Below the pieces are notes generated by a model, which was not told the DNA's origin, did not search any database, and saw nothing but the letters and a program-made list of their open reading frames with translations. A stretch of DNA of 33,131 nucleotides, from IMG/VR virus record IMGVR_UViG_3300022917_000021, positions 1 through 33,131 of that record; one strand, 5' to 3'. Shown piece by piece: positions 1 through 6,033 of this stretch (positions are counted from its first letter, which is position 1; every line of letters starts with the position of its first letter). The translations under genes and the position numbers were made by a program. The stretch is from a virus. Its lineage: Duplodnaviria > Caudoviricetes.

Positions 1-114
1 CCTGCGGAGCTTGAGTACGTGGAAGACATCCACCTTCACGAGCATCGACCAGAATGCGAAAAGATTGGCTGTATCGCAGTGGTGCGCGCTCCGAACCGGG
101 GAGCGGGTACATGA
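1..114 (+). CDS. 3' end of an upstream phage gene (partial)
   Basis: Frame 1 is open (PAELEYVEDIHLHEH...RGAGT*); its TGA overlaps the next ATG (ATGA 111-114). Confidence 0.55.
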   Translation, partial: PAELEYVEDIHLHEHRPECEKIGCIAVVRAPNRGAGT

Positions 115-551
115 AAGAGCCAGTTGATCACATCATTCGCCCTCGCCTGCCGTGGCGGCCTGAGTCGGCGGCCATCACTGAATGCGGCTACGACGCCTCG
201 AAGGTGAAGTCGGTCATGCGCGATGAGTTCTTCAAGCGCCTGAAGGAATACGGCGAGCAGCGCAGCGCGCTCCTGACCTGTATGACCTGCATGAGCACTG
301 CGAAGCGCTGGCCCACGTGGCAGGACGATCCACGGCTGGCGATATCGCGGGAGGTGGAGTGGGAGGGTGCGCACTGGAGTTCGTTCATGCGTGAGACCTC
401 CGAGCGCCGCGGGCATCTGCTGCGCGATGAGCTATTCGCGGTCGAGTCTCTGATCGCTGCCCATCCTGACGAGTTCCGCGACCTGCTCGCCAGCATCGAC
501 GCGCGCCGTCAGTGGCTGGACCGCAAGGCCAAAAACGAGCGGTCACAGTGA
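111..551 (+). CDS. Hypothetical phage protein (CxxC, possibly Zn-binding)
   Basis: ORF track 54..551; ATG 111 preferred because of the ATGA overlap with the upstream gene. Confidence 0.75.
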   Translation: MKEPVDHIIRPRLPWRPESAAITECGYDASKVKSVMRDEFFKRLKEYGEQRSALLTCMTCMSTAKRWPTWQDDPRLAISREVEWEGAHWSSFMRETSERRGHLLRDELFAVESLIAAHPDEFRDLLASIDARRQWLDRKAKNERSQ

Positions 552-566
552 GAACCGGAGGTTAGC

Positions 567-701
567 GTGGTCTCAGTGAACTTCATCTATTGGATGCACT
601 GGAGCGAAGGGTTCGCTTCGTGCCTACTGCTGCTGGGACTTTGGAAGCTGGCGCGGTGGATCTACCGACTCGCTGGGCGTCGATCAGGAGGTCAGTCGTG
701 A
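567..701 (+). CDS. Small predicted membrane protein, 44 aa (MVSVNFIYWMHWSEGFASCLLLLGLWKLARWIYRLAGRRSGGQS)
   Basis: GGAGG RBS just upstream, GTG start, hydrophobic core, stop overlaps next GTG (GTGA 698-701); below the ORF-track cutoff. Confidence 0.6.
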   Translation: MVSVNFIYWMHWSEGFASCLLLLGLWKLARWIYRLAGRRSGGQS

Positions 702-1060
702 AGGTCAGCGAAATCGTCGAGCTGATGGAGCGGTATCTGCCCATCACGCCAGAGCCGAAGCCTGAACCGCCGGAATGCCTTCACACGTGGGTGCAGCCGG
801 TCGTGGTGATTGGGCAGCGAGAAGAGCGCGGGCGAATCATCCAGTATGAGGCTGGCAACGCCTACAGCTGCATGGATTGCCGCGGGCACTGGGCCTACAA
901 AGATCCGTGGGATTTGCCGCAATGGCTCTACGAACGGCTAAAGGAAGAAGGCCGCCTTCCGTTGCCGCATCCGACGCCGGCCGTCATGGAGGCGCTGGAG
1001 AACGCCGCACGCGCTGCCGCAGCCAAGCAGTTGCAGTTGCTCTGGCCTGTCGAGACCTAG
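698..1060 (+). CDS. Hypothetical phage protein (CxH/CxxC)
   Basis: AGGAGGT RBS then GTG at 698, in frame with track ORF 590..1060. Confidence 0.7.
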   Translation: MKVSEIVELMERYLPITPEPKPEPPECLHTWVQPVVVIGQREERGRIIQYEAGNAYSCMDCRGHWAYKDPWDLPQWLYERLKEEGRLPLPHPTPAVMEALENAARAAAAKQLQLLWPVET

Positions 1061-1086
1061 AGCTACTGATAGCGGAGAAGATAGTC

Positions 1087-1380
1087 GTGGCCGGAGTCCC
1101 ATTCGAAGCGCTCGCGAAACTTGCCGACACCAAGAAGGTGAAAGCGGTTGCTGCCTGGTGCGCTCGATATCGAATCCTGACCTTCCGGGATTCGAAGGGA
1201 CGACCGTGCACGACCGAGGCGGCGCTTGACCGCGGACTCTTCCGCGGCAAGGATGGCGAAAACGAACCGAACTACGAACCCCCTCCATGGGACAACTCTC
1301 GTGCGGCCTCTCCATCCCCGGCGTCTTCGAGAAAGACGGCCGCTACTACAAGATCGTCCGGAACAAGTGGCACCCGCTAA
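1087..1380 (+). CDS. Putative excisionase, DUF4224-like
   Basis: LAKLADTKKVKAVAAWCARYRILTFRDSKGRPCTT...EPNY resembles DUF4224; overlaps integrase start; GGAG upstream of GTG 1087. Confidence 0.65.
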   Translation: MAGVPFEALAKLADTKKVKAVAAWCARYRILTFRDSKGRPCTTEAALDRGLFRGKDGENEPNYEPPPWDNSRAASPSPASSRKTAATTRSSGTSGTR

Positions 1381-2207
1381 GCCGGATCGATGAGGGTGAG
1401 AATGCCCTCTACCGCGCGCTCTACGAACTCGACCCGCAGCGCCCCGGCACGATCGGCGAGCTGATCAACGTCTACCGGGCGGCCGGCATGGACGAGCTCG
1501 CGGAGGCTACCCGTAAGGACTACGGGAAGATGCTCCCCCGACTCGCCCACCACTTTGGGCACATCCGCCTAGGCATGCTGAAGGCGTCGCAGATTGCTGT
1601 CTGGCTCGAGACGCGCCGCAAGGCGGGACGGGGTCGAACGCGGGCGAATCGGGAGTTCGCCGTGCTCGCCAGCGTCCACAAGTTCGGCATGCGCCAAGGG
1701 TGGGTAGAGGCGAATCCTTGCAAGGGCGTATCAAGGAACCCGGAGCACCCGCGCAGCCGAGCAGTGACGAACGAGGAATTCTTAGAGGGCTTCAATCGCG
1801 CTACGGAGCCCTTCCAGGACCTCATAGCCGCAGCCTACCTCTCTGGTGTCCGGCAGACCGATATCGTCGCCTGGAGCCGCACAGCTCACCTGCGGCCAGA
1901 CGGCATCCATTACGTCCAAAGCAAAACCGGCAAAGCTCACCATGTTGAATGGACCGATGCGCTGCGCTACTTCGTCCGGCGGGCGATGGCCAGATTTCCC
2001 GATGCCGACCTCGTCTTCCTGAACACCCGCGGCCAGCCGTGGACCATCTGGGCGATCAACAGCCAGAAGCGACGGCTGAATCTCGATTGGTGCTTCAAGG
2101 ATCTACGGGCAAAGGCGCAGACCGACTCGCCTCATTCGGTGCTCGGCCATGGTGCCGCGCTCGAAGCTGTCTACCGAAAAGCGCTGCGCACGAAGCCGGT
2201 CCGATAA
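1287..2207 (+). CDS. int: Tyrosine recombinase / phage integrase
   Basis: RANRE, ANPC, SGVR (catalytic R), QSKTG (K), FKDLRAK, LGH, VY motifs; adjacent to attP. Confidence 0.93.
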   Translation: MGQLSCGLSIPGVFEKDGRYYKIVRNKWHPLSRIDEGENALYRALYELDPQRPGTIGELINVYRAAGMDELAEATRKDYGKMLPRLAHHFGHIRLGMLKASQIAVWLETRRKAGRGRTRANREFAVLASVHKFGMRQGWVEANPCKGVSRNPEHPRSRAVTNEEFLEGFNRATEPFQDLIAAAYLSGVRQTDIVAWSRTAHLRPDGIHYVQSKTGKAHHVEWTDALRYFVRRAMARFPDADLVFLNTRGQPWTIWAINSQKRRLNLDWCFKDLRAKAQTDSPHSVLGHGAALEAVYRKALRTKPVR

Positions 2208-2246
2208 ATATTCTTAGAGGGTGCAGCGCCACTCTTAGAGGGAAAA

Positions 2247-2293
2247 TGGTGGAGTGGGAGGGAATCGAACCCTCGACCAGCGGATTAAAAGTC
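2247..2293 (-). tRNA. 3' half of tRNA-Lys(UUU) forming the attP core (not a complete tRNA)
   Basis: Minus strand GACTTTTAATCCGCTGGTCGAGGGTTCGATTCCCTCCCACTCCACCA: anticodon loop TTT, TTCGA T-loop, CCA end; D arm and 5' acceptor strand absent. Confidence 0.9.
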
Positions 2294-2344
2294 AGCCGCG
2301 TATAGGCCGTTTCTCTCGGGAAATACAGCGTTTCGTCTCTAAGA

Positions 2345-2360
2345 TGCTCCACGTGGAACA
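2345..2360. promoter_or_regulatory. parS-like palindrome TGCTCCACGTGGAACA
   Basis: 15/16 match to the bacterial parS variant TGTTCCACGTGGAACA. Confidence 0.55.
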
Positions 2361-2420
2361 CAGAAAATTCCCCGTGTTTTCGGGCTGCTCTTAGAGGATG
2401 AATGGGGGATAATCTGAGGC

Positions 2421-3185
2421 ATGCGGTTCGAACCAGTCGGCGCTACCGGTGCGCAGTTCATCTTCAAAGTGTACGGCCAAGGAAAGCCCTTCCTTCTGTA
2501 TCGCAGTGGTCGCGTAGCCGAAGCGCTTGCGAAGCCGCACGATCAAGCCTTTCTGGACCGAATCCTCACACGGGTTCGAATCGACAACGCAAGCGGCTGC
2601 TGGCTATGGCAGGGCTCGACCGTCAATTTCGGGTACGGACAGATCAGTACTAAGCGCGGCCAATCGCCTATGCGCACGCACGCCGCAATGTGGTTCGCTC
2701 TCTACGGGGAGCGGCCATCGAAAGACGGGCTCTTCGTGTGTCATTCGTGTGACGTGCCGGGTTGCTGTAACCCAGAGCATTTATGGGTCGGAACTGCGGC
2801 TCAGAATAATGCCGATAGGGATCAGAAGGGGCGGCACCCTCACGTCAACATGACCCATTGCTTTCGAGGGCATGAATTCACGCCTGAGAATTCGATTCTG
2901 AACAAGACCTCCGGCGCGAGAACGTGTCGCATCTGCTACAACGCTTTCTTCCGTCGAAGGAATGAGGCCAAAAGAATCGCAGAGGGCCGCTCAAGACGAG
3001 CTGATCTCCTTACTCCGGAAATAAAGCTGGAGGTCTACAGGCTCCGGTCCCAAGGACTATCAGCTCCAAAGATTGCGACCCTACTCAGGATCACGAAAGC
3101 CCAGATTCACTACCTGAATCACGCCAGGAAGAGGCGCGATAAGAAACGCGCCAAGGATGCAGAACTGCGCCGTGCAAAGGTGTGA
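2421..3185 (+). CDS. HNH homing-type endonuclease with C-terminal Zn-finger and HTH-like segment
   Basis: GCWLWQG..GYGQ..H..CHSCDVPGCCNPEHL..GT...NNAD; THCFRGHEF..EN..RTCRIC. Confidence 0.9.
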   Translation: MRFEPVGATGAQFIFKVYGQGKPFLLYRSGRVAEALAKPHDQAFLDRILTRVRIDNASGCWLWQGSTVNFGYGQISTKRGQSPMRTHAAMWFALYGERPSKDGLFVCHSCDVPGCCNPEHLWVGTAAQNNADRDQKGRHPHVNMTHCFRGHEFTPENSILNKTSGARTCRICYNAFFRRRNEAKRIAEGRSRRADLLTPEIKLEVYRLRSQGLSAPKIATLLRITKAQIHYLNHARKRRDKKRAKDAELRRAKV

Positions 3186-3470
3186 CGCTGCTACACAAGC
3201 GAAGGCTTCCGCGCATGTTGGCAACGTACCATCAATGCTTACTGCCGCCGTGGAGGCGTCAGGTACTCGTTTCATGACCTACGCGCGATGTGCGCGACGA
3301 AATGCGCTTCGCTGGAAGAGGCATCGAAGCTGTTGGGCCACTCGTCTCCAGGGATCACGAAGCGCGTGTACAGGCGTGGAATCGAAAAGGTCAGCGCACT
3401 GCGCGTAGAATCGCCGCCGGCCGCCCGCTTGCCGGAGAAATCCCGCGAGTCCCTCACCCCTGGAGAATGA
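3186..3470 (+). pseudogene. Orphan C-terminal catalytic fragment of a second tyrosine integrase
   Basis: Same frame as HNH after its TGA: RCYTSEGFRACWQR...RYSFHDLRAMCAT...ASKLLGHSSPGITKRVYRRG (HxxR, LGH, Y). Confidence 0.85.
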
Positions 3471-3497
3471 GGGATTCAGCGCCGGCAAGCGTGGCGG
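3421..3497. terminator. Long stem-loop between convergent transcription units
   Basis: CGCTTGCCGG 3426-3435 pairs with 3482-3491; GAGTCCCTCA 3447-3456 pairs with 3468-3477; no U-tract. Confidence 0.45.
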
Positions 3498-3683
3498 TCA
3501 CATCGCGTCGATGGTCGACTGGAGATTGTCCAGATGACCCTGCAACGATGCGCGCGCGGCAGCTTTCTCTTCGGGCGTCACATCGCGCCCTTCCGCCAGC
3601 GCCTTCTGCACAACCGAGCCGTAGGCCTGGATCTGCTGGGCGTTCTGCAGCAGCAGAGTGATGATCGAGAGGGCGTTGTTCAC
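3498..3683 (-). CDS. Small helical protein, last gene of the lysis cluster
   Basis: ORF coupled to the upstream lipoprotein (GTGA overlap). Confidence 0.7.
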   Translation of the reverse strand: MNNALSIITLLLQNAQQIQAYGSVVQKALAEGRDVTPEEKAAARASLQGHLDNLQSTIDAM

Positions 3684-4033
3684 GTGGGCTGCCTCTTCTG
3701 GATTTCGGTCTGCAGGGCCTGCAACGCCTTGATTGCGGTGCCGAGCGCGTCCTCACCGGCGGTGGGATTGCCGCCATGGATCTGGTCGGCGAGGTCGATG
3801 GCGTTTCGCAGCTCCACCGCCTTATCGTGAGCGCTCTGTGCGGTGGCCTTGCTGACCTTGCCAGCGGCGGCAAGCGTCTGGATGCTCTGCACGACGCCGT
3901 CCTCGAGGTTGTAGGCGGCGAGCACCCGCTGGTTCCAGGTGGTGGGCGCTGGGACGTTCAGTGTTGCGCAGGCGCTAAGGACCAGCAGCAGGAGCGGTAG
4001 CAGGAGGCTGTACGGTTGTCGTGGTAGTCGCAT
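3680..4033 (-). CDS. Lipoprotein in the lysis cluster (spanin-like candidate)
   Basis: Signal peptide with lipobox LSAC; helical body. Confidence 0.7.
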   Translation of the reverse strand: MRLPRQPYSLLLPLLLLVLSACATLNVPAPTTWNQRVLAAYNLEDGVVQSIQTLAAAGKVSKATAQSAHDKAVELRNAIDLADQIHGGNPTAGEDALGTAIKALQALQTEIQKRQPT

Positions 4034-4283
4034 TGGGGGTCTCCGTCGTCGTGGTGGTGGTAGGCGCGGGAATGCCGCCTGCGCGCATCCGCTGGAACCA
4101 GAAGTAGAGGATTACGAGCGCGCCGCCGGTCAGGAAGTTCGCGAAGCTGCCGAAGGACTTGTCCTGCTCGGCTGACATCTGGGCCCATCCGAGCTCGTAG
4201 ATCAGGATCACGGCGAACGTGCCGATCATGTAGATCGCCGAGAGCAGGATTTGGGCAAGCGCCAAAAGCCGGTCGTCGTTCAT
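3975..4283 (-). CDS. Putative holin (2 TM)
   Basis: MNDDRLLALAQ... two hydrophobic helices; ATG overlaps the endolysin stop. Confidence 0.7.
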   Translation of the reverse strand: MNDDRLLALAQILLSAIYMIGTFAVILIYELGWAQMSAEQDKSFGSFANFLTGGALVILYFWFQRMRAGGIPAPTTTTTTETPNATTTTTVQPPATAPAAGP

Positions 4284-4699
4284 GTCCACTCTCCGGTACG
4301 CATCATTGCCATCTGCCGCTGAGCGCGAGCGGGAGTCTGGCGCGCCCATAGGCTATCGAGCCCAGCGTCGGCCGCGGCGTTGTAGTCGCCTGCGGCGAGG
4401 GCATTGCGGAAGTTCGTCCAGGCCGCCAGTGAGCCGAGCTGGAAGCACATCGAGATGATGACCGCCTGCCGCACCTCATTGCACTGATCGAAGCCCGTTA
4501 GGGCTGCCGCGCGACGCCGTGCGAGCGCGGAGTCGTGCGCGAACTGCACGTCGATTGCCTCATCGCACAGGCCGGCACCGGGCACGCTGGGGTCCACGAG
4601 GCAGCCAATGCCTATCGTCCACAGTTTGCGGCTGTCCGGGTAGACATGCGCGACGCGGCCCTCCTCGCGCTCGAGCAGTTTCTGGGCAAGGTCGGTCAC
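4280..4699 (-). CDS. Endolysin, T4-like lysozyme (GH24)
   Basis: EEG...YPD....WTIGIG catalytic E-D-T pattern; SLWARQTPARA resembles T4 lysozyme SRWYNQTPNRA. Confidence 0.92.
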   Translation of the reverse strand: MTDLAQKLLEREEGRVAHVYPDSRKLWTIGIGCLVDPSVPGAGLCDEAIDVQFAHDSALARRRAAALTGFDQCNEVRQAVIISMCFQLGSLAAWTNFRNALAAGDYNAAADAGLDSLWARQTPARAQRQMAMMRTGEWT

Positions 4700-4702
4700 A
4701 GC

Positions 4703-5101
4703 TCAGCCCCCCTGCGCCTTGCAAGGAAATTCCGGATACCGCTGACCGGCGATGCGCTCGTATTCGGTCTGTAGCCCATCGATGTAGCGGGTGAGCGAAT
4801 CCACGATCGTCTGATCTGTGGTCGTACAGCGCACGCGGATCTGCGCACGGATCTCCTGGGAGAGCGTCACACGTGCTGACGCGTTCACAGTCTGCTGGAT
4901 CTGCGAGACGTCGTTGGCCCGCGCAAAGCCGACCAGCCCAATGGCTGAAAGCCATCCGCAAGCCCACAGGATGTGGATGCTCACGGTGAGCACCCACAGG
5001 ATGCGCAGCACCAGCGCCTGCTGGCGGCGGTTGAGATTGAAGCCTGCTGACAGGGCTGAAAATGCGCCTGTGACATCGGGCGGGTCCTCATGTTGTCTCA
5101 C
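4703..5101 (-). CDS. Membrane protein preceding the endolysin
   Basis: Hydrophobic segment plus a soluble domain with two Cys. Confidence 0.7.
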   Translation of the reverse strand: MRQHEDPPDVTGAFSALSAGFNLNRRQQALVLRILWVLTVSIHILWACGWLSAIGLVGFARANDVSQIQQTVNASARVTLSQEIRAQIRVRCTTTDQTIVDSLTRYIDGLQTEYERIAGQRYPEFPCKAQGG

Positions 5102-5184
5102 TCTCTGCCTCGTCTTTATCTCTGGCGAAGGGCATCACATCCCCTGCCTTCTTGGCTCTTCTGTTCGCTCACCAGACAGTGCTC

Positions 5185-5193
5185 TGCTACGAT
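5185..5193 (+). promoter_or_regulatory. Candidate extended -10 promoter for the methyltransferase moron
   Basis: TGcTACGAT about 20 nt upstream of ATG 5215, with an AAGGGGG RBS between. Confidence 0.4.
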
Positions 5194-5214
5194 CCTTGAA
5201 AAAGGGGGACTTGC

Positions 5215-6033
5215 ATGCACTGGAAGCTTAAATGCCTGGCGTTCCATCTCTTGAGTTTGCCGGGCGGAAATCTCGCCTATCGCTTCGCACAGCGAAACAT
5301 CACCAAGACCTACTTCACCCGGCTGACACCAGAGCGTTTGCGGCTCTACAGCCTGCACGTTGAGCACTACCGAAGATCCCCTGGCGTGGCTCTGGAGTTT
5401 GGTTCGGGAGGGGAACTGCTCGCCCCGCTGCTGCTGTCGGCTGCAGGAGCACCGGAGATCCTCACGTATGACGTGACGAGCCTTGCCAATCCCGCGCGCG
5501 TGAACAACATCATCCGGCAACTGAGGCAGATGCAGCCCGGCAACTGGCCCGAGATCGAATCGCTTGCGGACCTGTGGACGCGCTATCGCATCCGCTACCT
5601 TGCGCCGGCCGACGTGCGTGCAACGGACCTGCCAGACAAGAGCATTGACTTCGTGTGGTCCACCTCGACGCTCGAGCACATCCCGACCGATCAGATTCGC
5701 GCGATCCTCGCCGAGTGCAAGCGCATCTGCCGCGGCCAGATGAGTTTCGTCATCGACTATCACGATCACTACCCCGGCGTATCTCCCTGTCACTTCTACC
5801 GGTACGGTGCACGTCAGTGGCGCTGGCTCAATCCGGCATGGCACTACCAGAACCGACTGCGCCATGGAGACTTTGCGCGCTTGTTCTCCGAGTGCGGACT
5901 TGCGACACGGGATGATTTCCGCGCGGAACTTGCGACCGGCGCGCAGCTCGGCCCGCTTGCCGCTGACTTCCGGCACTACTCGCCCGAGGACTTGATGACG
6001 ATGCAGGGGCATTTCGTGCTCAGTGCTGCTTGA
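5215..6033 (+). CDS. Class I SAM-dependent methyltransferase (moron, antisense to the late operon)
   Basis: ALEFGSGG motif I, LTYD motif II, LPDKSIDFVWSTSTLEHIP. Confidence 0.88.
   Translation: MHWKLKCLAFHLLSLPGGNLAYRFAQRNITKTYFTRLTPERLRLYSLHVEHYRRSPGVALEFGSGGELLAPLLLSAAGAPEILTYDVTSLANPARVNNIIRQLRQMQPGNWPEIESLADLWTRYRIRYLAPADVRATDLPDKSIDFVWSTSTLEHIPTDQIRAILAECKRICRGQMSFVIDYHDHYPGVSPCHFYRYGARQWRWLNPAWHYQNRLRHGDFARLFSECGLATRDDFRAELATGAQLGPLAADFRHYSPEDLMTMQGHFVLSAA

Larger units (their letters stand above)
2212..2397. repeat. attP arm-type integrase binding repeats TCTTAGAG(G)
   Basis: Direct copies at 2212-2220, 2233-2241 and 2389-2397, inverted copy at 2337-2344, flanking the tRNA core; another copy at 1780-1788 inside int. 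Confidence 0.75.

Noticed and set aside
54-110. ORF-track starts at 54, 590 and 877
   Set aside because: RBS positions and stop/start overlaps favour 111, 698 and 1087.
2247-2325. Complete tRNA-Lys gene or prophage boundary
   Set aside because: The 5' half (D arm, acceptor strand) is missing and phage genes continue on both sides, so this is attP rather than a gene or attL/attR.
2212-2397. CRISPR-like array from TCTTAGAGG repeats
   Set aside because: Repeats are only 9 bp, irregularly spaced and partly inverted, which fits integrase arm sites.
3183-3185. Genome-wide TGA recoding
   Set aside because: TGA terminates many coupled genes correctly (ATGA/GTGA overlaps), so any readthrough would be local only.
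2035-3186. Group I intron carrying HNH inside int
   Set aside because: I could not see P/Q/R/S core elements, and the interval is filled by a complete int end, attP and the HNH ORF.
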